The notes beneath the pieces are model-generated. The model saw nothing but the letters and a program-made list of their open reading frames with translations. It had not been told where the DNA came from and did no database searches. A DNA stretch of 61,155 nucleotides, filler included, from Fonticula-like sp. SCN 57-25 (taxonomy: Eukaryota): NCBI GenBank assembly GCA_001724245.1. It is 4 parts of 4 records of this genome, joined end to end, with 100 filler letters (N's around TTAATTAATTAA, not from the genome) between each part and the next. Parts side by side here need not be neighbours in the genome. Positions count along the whole stretch, not along the records: positions 15,889 to 30,745 come from MEDX01000151.1; positions 30,846 to 46,253 come from MEDX01000152.1; 2 more parts are not named here. One strand, given 5' to 3'. The position numbers were made by a program, and so were the translations under genes. Each line of letters opens with the position of its first letter. Position 1 is the first letter of the stretch. Below are positions 23,350-33,727 of this stretch, one piece after another.

Positions 23350-25410
23350 ATGGCGCATCCATTGGCCAAAAAGGCTACTATTGAGTTGCACACGAAGGGG
23401 GTGCGTGAAGGTTTTGGTGAGCTGCTGATCTGACGCTGCTTGTGTTCGCAGGCGGACGGGTGTGCGATTTCCCCCAATGGCACTTGGGTCGCAACTGGCA
23501 GTCAAGACAAATCGATCTGCATCACCGACATTGCCACGCAGGAAAAGGTGTACACTGTAGAGTGTGATAATCAAGTGCGTGCTTGTGTGTCCTTCTTTGT
23601 TCTGACGCCTTTTCAAGGTGCGTGGTATCGCTTGGTCGCCCGACGGAACCCATCTGATCGCCGTGACGACTAGTGGCAGTGCCATCCAAGTCACAAACAA
23701 CGACGCGCACTCGACCGTGTACAAGATTGATAAGCCTGTATGAATTATGTTTGCCGCTCGTTCGTTGCTCACCCCTTGTCTAGTTGTGGGGGTGCGCGTT
23801 CAGCCCCAGTGGGATCCTTGCCGTCGGTGGAAATGATCAAGAAGTTACACTATTGGACCCATCCAACAACTATTCAGTTATTGAGATACTATCTGGATTT
23901 GCTGATAAAGTATGCTATTGTATGTTTACTTGTTGATGTTTACCGTGTATGTGCAGGTCAGGTGTCTCGCGTTTTCTCCTGATGGGAATCTTCTTGCCGC
24001 GGGATGTTATGATGGCCACATGTACATCTATGGACTGACCAATGGCAAGTGGGCACGAGTATTAACTAACATGTATCATTCTAAATGGGTACGATATCCA
24101 TATTGCTTTTTATATTCTCATTGCTAATTATTACTAGGTCATGTCACTTTGCTTCAGTCCCTCTGGTCGCATGCTACTGGTCACAAGTGAAGACATGACT
24201 GCATCCATCTGGAATGTTCCAAATGGAACCACGTGGCCATCCACTCCTCACGTGACTCTTAAGGGGCACACGAATCAAGTCAATCGCGGCGCCTTTCTCG
24301 GCGACGAATCGCATGTCATCACTGGGTCGGCTGATAAATCACTACGCATTTGGAGCACTTCTGATGGAGTGCAAACTGTAAACCACGAATGCAAACCGGT
24401 GCGTCACTTGTGGTCTTTTTTTTTTGCTTATTTCTTTGATGCTATTTAGGCATGGTCACTGTCTTACCATGCTGCATCTGGTATCATTGCCACTGGTACG
24501 AATACGGGTCAAGTTGGAATATGGCAAACAGCCGCATATGATCCATGTGATGTTTCTGCGGAACTTCCGTCACACGCATGCGTCCGTACTAGATTGAGAA
24601 TCGCACAGCTTCAATCAAATGCTGCCGAAACAACGCTCAGCAAGGTAGACAATGGATTACATCTGCGGATGTCACGTGTACAGGAACTGAAGCGATCGAT
24701 TGCCGACCTCGAGGCCAAACGTACGCATTTAAGGATCACGTAGTTATACAACTAACATGTGTACAGTAACGGGCGAGAAGAAGGAGCTAGCGGAACTGCA
24801 AACTGACGAATTGCGTCATTTCAGTAATGTGACGGAGCGCCATAATGCTCTGCTTGGCATCATCAATGTCTGCACGCAGACCCTTGACAGCTTGACAGAT
24901 TGCCTGAAGACTTACGGATTGGAGGATCTTCGAGGAGACGCCTTTAAGGAATGGCTATGTGACATTGGCATGAGCAAACTGCAAACTTCATTGAAAGATT
25001 TTGATGGCAGCACTCTGACAATGCTTAACGTGGGTGACGTCATGGATAATGACGTTACCTTTAACGATGCCGCTGCTCTTCACTTGCACGGCTACATTGC
25101 GCACCACAAGCTAAGTGATGACAGCGCATTTGCCCCGCCCAGTGAGACTGTCCTATCATGGGACGAAGTGCAAACTGCAAACTGGATAGCTTCCCTTGAT
25201 GACCAATATGATTGTCTTGTTGATGCTGGCTGGCATGGCGCTGCTCTATGCTCACTTTCGCCGCCACGTGTGGTCGAGGCGGGCAAGGGCGCACTCAAGG
25301 CAACCGAAGCGGCAAAGTTCATTGGACTTGTGCGTGCAAAGCGGAGAGAAATTGACGGCGAAAAGGACGAATGGGTGTCAAAGTGGAGCGGGGCAAACGT
25401 CATTGCTTGA
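23350..25410 (+). CDS. WD40-coiled coil-tandem SAM-like protein, copy 3
   Basis: Same 8-exon structure, starting MAHPLAKKATIELHTKG|ADGCAISPNG; only small in-frame deletions seen. Confidence 0.85.
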
Positions 25411-25685
25411 CAATTATACCTTTTTTATCTGATATGTATTCTGCTCCCTTGAAATGAACAATACAACAAAGCACTTCTCAAAAATCTACCCTGGAATCTG
25501 CCCCGTATCCGCTGCTCGTCCAATCACGTCGCGTTTCCCCTGTCGACGCGTCGGAGGCGGTGATCGAGTCCAAGTCGCCTTCGTGCTTGCGCCACCTACA
25601 CGAGCGACGACTACGGCGAAGAGCAACGTGGTGTCACAAGCACACAACACTTTTAAAAACTTTTATTATTTGTTTCTTTTTCGCG

Positions 25686-26745
25686 ATGCCAATGGACGAT
25701 CTGAGCGATGCCGAATCGGTGTCGGCCTTTTTTGATGCCGAGCCTCGCCCCGACTCACTCACGGCATCGCTCGCCTCTGTGCAGCACTTTATCGATGTCC
25801 ACTCTGTAAGCGACCGTCGTTTTGTCCTTGTGACCGTGCGCCTTTCCCGATCCCCTTTTCATCATGCTCATGTTCACCTTTGCGTATCATTGGCAGTCTG
25901 GCGGCACGACTGTGGCCATGGAGCGCAACACGGTGCGCTTCATCGACAATTTCAGCGCCGGCACGCGCGGCTCCGCCTCTGTCGAGTACTTTCTTCAGGC
26001 CGGCTACGTCGTGATCTTTCTTCACCGCCGCGGCAGCCTTCTCCCCTACCTGCGCAACATCAATCCCCACGAGCTGCTGAATCAGCTTTCCGTCGCGCCC
26101 GATGACTCTGTTTCGCGTACGCCGCATCTCTATTTCAATATGAATATTATTAACAAATTTCATTCTAAACGTACAGTAAAGGGCGATGCGCGCCGCACGA
26201 TGGCGCATGCACTTCGCGATTACGAAATGTACCGCTCTCGCCTTTCCTTCATCCCCTTTGGCACTGTCACCGAGTACCTCTACCTCCTCCGCGGCATCTC
26301 CCAGCTCCTCTCCCCCCTCGGCCCCCGCGCCATGCTTTACCTCGCCGCGGCCGTGTCCGACTTTTACATCCCCTTTGCCGACATGAACGAGCACAAGATC
26401 CAGTCGCGCGATGGCGGCCTGCTAATGTCGCTCAAGCAGGTGCCAAAGATGCTGGCGGCGCTCACCGCCGAATGGTCGCCAAGCGCGTTCATAGTCACGT
26501 TCAAGCTCGAGACGGACGAGAATCTTTTATTGGCAAAGTGCCGCGCGGCGCTCGACAGGTACAGGCATCAGGTGACCATTGGCAATATTCTTCATACGAG
26601 AAAGGATTGCGTCATTGTTGTGCATAAGGAGGAGAGCGAGCCGGTCGAGCGCATCGTGAGGGACCCGGCGCTAAGTGATATTGAGGATGCGCTCATTTTG
26701 AGGCTTGAGAGACTTCATACGGCATTCATCGAGCACAACGCCTAA
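25686..26745 (+). CDS. PPCS: Phosphopantothenate--cysteine ligase; 2 introns
   Basis: [58 protein letters not shown]. Confidence 0.95.
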
Positions 26746-27023
26746 TTTGTAAATATACGTCTCATTATTACATGGTTGTATCTTATGTATGGCTGAGGTA
26801 TGGTTACATAGTATCTATAGAAAAATAATGTGACTCTTTTTGTGTCAATTCTATGAGAATATATGGCTAATGTTTCACAATATTCCATAATACTTCTTGT
26901 ATCAATGCCATAAAGTAAACTTTCTATTTCCATAAAAAGGCAAAGGCGCATTACAATTGAGCATAAACATTCGGAATTTACAAACTATCATCAGACTATC
27001 TAAATAAATAATAAATAAACATA

Positions 27024-29258
27024 TTAATGAGGCAGCGACGTCTCAATTGTATGAAGCGTCTTTAATATCCTCTGCATCCTCTTATCATCATCGCTCGGCC
27101 CCGCCGCCGACGCCGCCTCGCCAAACAGCATAATCTTATTGACGTACTTTACGCAGAAAATAAGCCACATGGCCACCTCGTGCGACCCCGACGGGCTCGC
27201 CACGCGCTGCGCCACGTGGGGCGTCGAAATGTACTCGCACAGACGCAGGCACGAATCCACGAGCGCATCAGAAAACGTCTCAAGGCACCGAATAAACCTC
27301 AGAGACGATTCGCTTTCTTGCTCGCCGTCGGCCAGGGGCGACGCAATCCACGCGCCGGCGACGGCCTTTGTGACCTCGAGCAGCTTGATAATCTGCTCAA
27401 AGTGCGCCATGACGCGCGCCTTTGACATGGACTGCGTGCTCGCCTCAAACTCGGCCATCGCGACCGAAATGTACTGCGACGCAAGACGAAGGCCGTGCTC
27501 GGCAAGCTCGCGCGAGGGCAGTCCGCCCCCGACTCCGCCTCCGACAATGCCGACGGCGGCCCGCGCGAGCGCCATGGTCTGCATGGCAAAGGCGAGCGAC
27601 TCTTGCGTGCGCTTGCTCTTGCCCTTGGCGATCACCTGCACCGCCGTGACGCGCTCGAGGGCGTCCATGGCGGACATCGTGCGCGACACGACCGCGCACG
27701 CGCGGCCGCACACCCACGCGCCAGCGGCGGCGAGCAGCGCCTCGTCGACGGGCAGGCCGCGCGCGCGCCAGCGCTTGGCGTCGCTGCTGAGCGTGTCGCC
27801 CCAGATGTGCGCCTTGGACTGCAGCACTTCGCCCTGTTTTTTGAGGTCGGCGGCAAGGTCGTCAAGCGGGACAAAGGTGTCGGCGGGGCCAGAGGCGAGC
27901 GTCGCGCGCATGCTCGCGCTCACCATCACAAAGTGGGAAAGGTCCTCGAGGCGCGACTCGACATTGCGCCAGTTAGGGACGCTCTGCGCCATCTCCTTGC
28001 TGCCGCCGGGGTACCACTGGGGGGCGCTCTGAAGGGCCTCAACAATGCGCGTGATCTCGTCCGGCGTCGTAGGGATGCTCAACAAGAGCGACGCAGCGAC
28101 GACGAGGGTTTCTTCGCGGCCGCGCTCGGCAAGGGCTTCAAACTCATCGGCGGTGATGCGGCGGCCGCGGCTCTGCACCTCGACCCACGTGCGGTTCTTG
28201 CTCGCAGCAGAGGAGGCATTGGCGTCAGTGTCGTTGCCGCGAAGGCGCTTGGCGAGGCGCGTGTTGAGGCGGCGCTGAAGAATCTGCACGGCTTCGGTCG
28301 ACGTCACAGAGTCAATGTCCTCAATAGAGGTCGGCGCGCGCTTCACGCCAAGCATCGGCGGAGGCGGCGGCGGGGGGGGAGGCGGGCCGCCGGCGCTCAT
28401 CATTGGCGGAGGCGGCGGGGGGGCGATCGGCGGGCACGATAGGTCGACGAGCAATGGCTGCTGCTGCTGCCTCAAGGCGGACCGGGTGGGCGTGGCAATT
28501 TTCCTCGCGGGCGACGCGGCAAAGGCGAGCGGCGAGAGGGCGGCGACCGGGAGCGAGCGGTAGAGCGGCGAGTTGGCGGGGCTCGCGCTGCGCAGCGTGC
28601 TGCGGCGGTCAGAGAGCGGCGAGCCGAGGCCGCCGAGCGAGTCGCTCACGGGCACGAGCGGGGCAGGCTCATAGTCGTCCGCCATGGGCCGCGACGGGCT
28701 TAGGCTGTAAAACTCGCGAAGAATGTCGCGGCGGATGCGCGCCTGGCGAGCGCGTGTGTTCTCAGGGGCGTTCTCGTTGGTCTCGCAGGCGCGCTTGGCG
28801 GCGGCGGCATCGAGCGACTCGTCGGCGCTCGAGTTGGTGCGCTTCAGGCCGCGGCGCAGCGTCGACAGCTCGGCAAAGATGCGCTTGGAGATGGGCTTGC
28901 GCGTGGCGACCGACGGCGTCACGAGCGAGTCGCCCTGCGGCATCTCCTTCTCGACAACGCTCTCGAGCGCAGTCATCAGCGTGCCCATGACATTGCGCCA
29001 CATCGCAGACACGGTCGGGTTCTTTCCCTCAGCAGGGGTCGCCTCGGCGCGGCGCTTTGCCGACATCAAAGGCTCATCGGCGGGATCCGCCTGCTTGCTG
29101 CGGCGGAACAGATTGCGAGCGGACGACTGGGGGGTCCGCACGGGCAGTGGGGGAGGAACCGCAAAAGAGATGTCATCCATCGATTCCGAGAAAGAGTGCA
29201 TTCTCCCACTCGTGCTCCTGAGCTGGCGCTGCTGCGGCAGCGGCGTGGCGGTCATCAT
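27024..29258 (-). CDS. 744-aa intronless protein: disordered N-terminus, polyproline tract, helical C-terminus (possibly CHUP1-C-like)
   Basis: Long GC3-rich ORF; PPPPPPMMSAGGPPPPPPPPPP; KRWRARGLPVD and CVKYVNKIMLFG motifs. Confidence 0.8.
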   Translation of the reverse strand: MMTATPLPQQRQLRSTSGRMHSFSESMDDISFAVPPPLPVRTPQSSARNLFRRSKQADPADEPLMSAKRRAEATPAEGKNPTVSAMWRNVMGTLMTALESVVEKEMPQGDSLVTPSVATRKPISKRIFAELSTLRRGLKRTNSSADESLDAAAAKRACETNENAPENTRARQARIRRDILREFYSLSPSRPMADDYEPAPLVPVSDSLGGLGSPLSDRRSTLRSASPANSPLYRSLPVAALSPLAFAASPARKIATPTRSALRQQQQPLLVDLSCPPIAPPPPPPMMSAGGPPPPPPPPPPMLGVKRAPTSIEDIDSVTSTEAVQILQRRLNTRLAKRLRGNDTDANASSAASKNRTWVEVQSRGRRITADEFEALAERGREETLVVAASLLLSIPTTPDEITRIVEALQSAPQWYPGGSKEMAQSVPNWRNVESRLEDLSHFVMVSASMRATLASGPADTFVPLDDLAADLKKQGEVLQSKAHIWGDTLSSDAKRWRARGLPVDEALLAAAGAWVCGRACAVVSRTMSAMDALERVTAVQVIAKGKSKRTQESLAFAMQTMALARAAVGIVGGGVGGGLPSRELAEHGLRLASQYISVAMAEFEASTQSMSKARVMAHFEQIIKLLEVTKAVAGAWIASPLADGEQESESSLRFIRCLETFSDALVDSCLRLCEYISTPHVAQRVASPSGSHEVAMWLIFCVKYVNKIMLFGEAASAAGPSDDDKRMQRILKTLHTIETSLPH

Positions 29259-29339
29259 GGTGCGCTCGCTCGCACCGTCAGGAGATCACCTAAAACAAGG
29301 ATTTTCAAATCGTTGCAACGCTTGTAACGGGCGCGAATC

Positions 29340-29371
29340 TGACGTCATCATCTACGTCATCAGTGACGTCA
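29340..29371. promoter_or_regulatory. Two CRE palindromes (TGACGTCA) in a bidirectional promoter
   Basis: TGACGTCA at 29340 and 29364, between divergent start codons at 29258 and 29406. Confidence 0.55.
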
Positions 29372-29405
29372 CGAGCAGTGTTTGCGACGCATCAACTCGA
29401 GGGAA

Positions 29406-30278
29406 ATGGATCGCGCGAGGTACGCGAGCATGCGCGGGGATGCCGGCCGCTGACCCGTGTTCTTTGCGCAGTGACAGCCCCATGGACGGCAAGGTCGCTG
29501 GACGCGGGCGCAGCCGCAGCCGCAGCCGCGGGCGCAGTCGCAGCCGCAGTTTTAGCAGCCGCCGGCGGAGCCTGAGCAGCAGCCGTAGCCGCAGCCGCAG
29601 TTTCAGTCGGAGCCGCAGCCGTAGCCGCGGGAGGAGAAGAAACCGCTCGTCGTCGAGCCGCAGCTGGTCGCGCAGCCGCAGCCGCGGGAGGCGCTACAGC
29701 CGCAGCTTCAGCCGCAGTCGCAGCCGCAGCCGCAGCCGCAGCCGTACCCCGCCGCCCAAGACGAGGATCCATGTGACGAAACTGACCCGCAACGTGCGCG
29801 TGGATCACTTGCGCGAAATTTTCGGTCAGTACGGCAAGATCACCGAGCTTGTTCTTCCAATCGACCGCAAAAGTGCGCCTTTCCCCTTTTACATCCTCTA
29901 TGATCGCGCTACTTTTTTTTGTTTGCTGACCGCTTGCCATTCTTCCCAGTTCACCGCCACCGCGGCGCGGCGTTCATTCAGTATGAGGACCACGACATGG
30001 CGACGAAAGCGATGGAGCACATGGGCGGCGGCATGCTCGACGGCGAGACGCTCGAGATCGCATGGGCCGCTCCGCGCCCGCCGCAGCAGCGTCGCCGGAA
30101 CGACCGCAGATCGCCTGCCAGGTTTGGCGGCGGCGGTCGCCGCGGGCGCAACAACAACCGCTTTGGCGGTAACAGGCGGTACTCGCCGCGCCGCAGGTCG
30201 GCGTCCCCGCGCCGCAGATCCGCCTCGCCTCGGCGCAGATCATACTCGCCGCGCCGCCGATCCCGCTCGCGCTCGTGA
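29406..30278 (+). CDS. RNPS1: RNPS1-like RS/RRM splicing and EJC factor; 2 introns
   Basis: RS repeats ((cgcagc)n), IHVTKLTRNV..HLREIFGQYG, HMGGGMLDG, C-terminal RSP repeats. Confidence 0.88.
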
Positions 30279-30414
30279 TCTGCAACATTATTTCCCCCTT
30301 TGTATTCCCTCTGTTTTCAATATCAAAACTATGTCTTTATTATTTACGGCGCGCTCATGCGCGATACCCGAATGTATTGACAACAAAGCATTGAACTAAA
30401 CATCATAAATAAGC

Positions 30415-30745
30415 CTAGCCGTGGTGCGAGTCGAGCAGCGGCGACGCCTCCCCCACGTCATCCGGGTGCACGTTCGAGTGGTGCCCGTCCGCAGACGTCG
30501 TCAGCACGCGGTGCAGCACCTCGCGGTCAAAGTTTTCAAAGCGCTCTGCCAGCGACAGCGACTTTGACGACAGCCTCGGAAGATCCTCCGACGGCGGGTC
30601 CTTTGACGGATCGTCGTTGATCTTGATCTTGAGCGAGCGCAGGACCGGCACCGTGCTGGCACCAATGATGACGGTCGTGGCGAGCACGATGACAAACGTG
30701 GTCGTAATGATGGTCGACCGCGTCGCGATGGTCTCGGGCAGCAGG
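30415..30745 (-). CDS. Na+/H+ exchanger (NHX1/NHE type), C-terminal fragment
   Basis: IITTTFVIVLATTVIIGASTVPVLRSLKI followed by FENFDREVL. Confidence 0.75.
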
Positions 30746-30845
30746 NNNNNNNNNNNNNNNNNNNNNNNNNNNNNNNNNNNNNNNNNNNNTTAATTAATTA
30801 ANNNNNNNNNNNNNNNNNNNNNNNNNNNNNNNNNNNNNNNNNNNN
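30746..30845. other. Assembly gap with TTAATTAATTAA linker
   Basis: 100-nt N run. Confidence 0.98.
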
Positions 30846-30907
30846 TCTACAGGACTGTGACAACACTGCCAGTCGAAAGTGGTCGCGTCAGCCGCGGTGT
30901 ATCAGCA

Positions 30908-31741
30908 TGAACGTCCGGCTTCCGCTGACGCTGGTACGCTCTCCAGCGGTGTACACACTGATAAAAGGGCGACTGACACTGTTGCATTGCTTGCTAGACG
31001 GTAACAAAGCGTAATTTATTAGCGGTCGCCCGAGGTGCGCCACTGATGGCCGCGAGCATGTGATGCTGACCCAGGCGGTTTTGCGCCATTGTTTAGCCGT
31101 TGTCCACACAATCATCTTCCACCGAGCGGTTAAGGAGCGAAAGGTCGTTGACGTCCACCTCGACTTTGTAGATGTCACATATGTGCGCCTCTCTCTTTGG
31201 CTGACGCGCCGACTGATCGCTCACATTTGCATGTTAGCCGCGCGTGGTTGACGCGTCGGTCGAGCAGGAGGTCAACAGTGTCCTGCGGAACTTTGTGCGC
31301 GACCTGGAGGCGTCTTCAGAAACGACAGGAAAGGTGCGCCTCTTTGTTTCCTTTGCTTGTGTCTAATTTTTTCCCAGGTAATAATTTACTTTGCTCCCGA
31401 GCAGGGGTGGCGCGGGCAGGTCTCGGCGTGGGAGACGTGGACGATCACATTCAATGTTGTTCCCGGTACGCTTTTCCTGCTCTTCTTTGGCCACCCGCTG
31501 ACCTTTGCGTGCCCTGCCAGAGAGCCCGCTCATAAACCGCGCAATGGAGCGCGACTTGATAGCGGCCATGCACTCGATCGTCGCCAACATTTGCGCGGCC
31601 CCCGACGTCATGCCGCACGTCAAGGACTCGCCGCCCTTCCCGTTCCCATACAAGATTACGTTTGAGACGCAGCAGCGGTTACTGAACAAGCTGTCGAGCC
31701 TGCGCAGCCTTTTCTCTGCGGGGCCGCCCAACATAGCTTAA
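30908..31741 (+). CDS. ATG101: Autophagy protein ATG101 (HORMA), multi-exon; 5' exons tentative
   Basis: AVVHTIIFHRA, DFVDVTY, WETWTI, PFPYKI. Confidence 0.8.
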
Positions 31742-32007
31742 GCTCGCGGACTGCCGCCCAATTTTCCCCAATGTGTGCTATGATCCTGTCTGTAATTATG
31801 CATTTGCCCCGTTTACCCGTTTATTGAATAAGAGTATCGTGAAAGGAACCACTTTTCTATCGTAAAAGGAACACCAAAGTATTATGGAGCCCCAAAGGGA
31901 TGTGGGCAGACCGCCTTGCCACTTTTCCCAGCCCTGCCCAACAATTCACGAATGCTTTTCCCCGGTATTTATTGCATGATAAAATAGTACACAACCCGCG
32001 CGCAAAC

Positions 32008-33464
32008 TTACTTGTAAAAGTCAAACTCGATATCCGAGCGCTTGACCTGCGACTTGTAGGCCTTTTCAAAGTCCTTCTGGAGGATGATGTAGCGGTTCTT
32101 CCTGACGGCCTGCATGCCCGCCTCCTGGCAGATGGCGGTGATGTCGGCGTTGCTGATCTTGTCGGGGCGCGAGACAAAGTCCTCGAGGTCGACCTCCTCC
32201 GAGAGGTTCATTTTGGAGGTGACGGTCGAGAAGACGAGGCGCTTCTGGCGGCGGTCGGGCGTCGGGAACTCGATCTTGCGGTCGAGGCGGCCCGGGCGCA
32301 GCAGCGCGGGGTCCAGCGTGTCGGCGCGGTTCGTCGCCATGATCACCTTGACGTTGACCGTCTGGTCAAAGCCGTCCATCTGATTCAGCAGCTCGAGCAG
32401 GATGCGCTGCACCTCGCGATCAGCGCCAGTCTGCGCGTCGAAACGCTTCGTCGCGATCGCGTCGATCTCGTCAATGAAAATGATAGCGGGCGCGTTCTCC
32501 TTGGCAAGGCGGAACACGTCGCGCACCATCCGCGGGCCTTCGCCGAGGTACTTTTGGACAAACTCGGAGCCGACGACGCGGATGAACGACGCCGTCGTGT
32601 GATTCGCGACGGCCTTGACAAGCATCGTCTTGCCAGTGCCGGGAGGGCCGTACAGCAAAACACCGCTGCAAACACAAAAATAAGCAGAAAGTCGCGAACA
32701 ATACGCCAAAAACATGCGAATATGGGCCGTACCGAGGGGGATCGATACCGATCTGCTTGTACAGGTCGGCGTGCGTGAGCGGCAGCTCAACGGCCTCCCT
32801 GATCTCCTGCTTCTGAATATCAAGACCACCGACGTCGGCGTACGTCTCCTGCGGCTTCTCGTGCGCAGCGAGGAGCGAAATGGAGCTGTCCGCCTCCGGC
32901 GGCAGCACGTCGACCAGCGAGTTGGAGTGCTTGTGAAGCGCGACAGACGACGAAGGCTTGAGCAGCTCGCTATTAAAAGGAGATGCGTCAGGAAATAGCG
33001 GTACTCAAAGCAGAGCGTACCGGTCAATGATGCTCAAAACACGGACATAGTAATTGTTTCCCGTCGTGGCGCCGACGATGGCGTGATGCTCGTCGATGGC
33101 CTCCAGGAACTGGCCAATCACCAACGGCACCGACTGGATGCGCTTCACCTCGGCCTGCGCGACAAATAATTGAGCCGGCGACCGAAACAGCAAAAGGCAC
33201 CGCGTACCTGAGCACGCAGCAATTCGCGCTTAAGGTTCTTCTGTTCATCCTTGATGTACTCTTCCTGCACCTCGAGCAGCTCCAGCTGACGTTGCAGCGT
33301 CTTGAGCTTGCGGTACAAATCCTCGGAATTCGAGTCCTGCAGGAAAGCATCAAGCGTGTTAACAAACAATCCCAATGGACAAAAACAAAGCAAGCATGTT
33401 GCAGCCCGGCGCAGTCGCGTACCTCAGTCGACGAGGCCGCCGGCTGCGGGCGCGCTACCTCCAT
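32008..33464 (-). CDS. RPT3: 26S proteasome ATPase RPT3/PSMC4, multi-exon
   Basis: [47 protein letters not shown]-terminal FDFYK. Confidence 0.97.
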
Positions 33465-33727
33465 CCTGGCTGACGGGTCCCTAGAGGAAACAACGCTTTT
33501 GATGTGCGTCAGAAAATATCGCATGCGATTTTTACACCGGACTTTTGATTTTGGACCAAGATCAGGGGAGGATTTTGGTTGTGGGCTTTAGCAGCGGCCA
33601 GTGTGCCTGAAGTGCGCTTTTCTACCAAAATGACAGTGTTTCTATGCTGGGCGCGGGTTCCACATGGCCAAAGAAAATGCAAAAGAACAATTGATTGAAA
33701 AAGAGGCACAAAGAAACGGCCGCGCTT

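Noticed and set aside
17850-25410. WD40-SAM copies as pseudogenes or products of recoding because the ORFs are fragmented
   Set aside because: The breaks are explained by canonical GT-AG introns conserved in the three copies
29505-29745. (cgcagc)n tandem repeat as a satellite or CRISPR-like array
   Set aside because: Encodes the RS domain of RNPS1; no repeat-spacer structure
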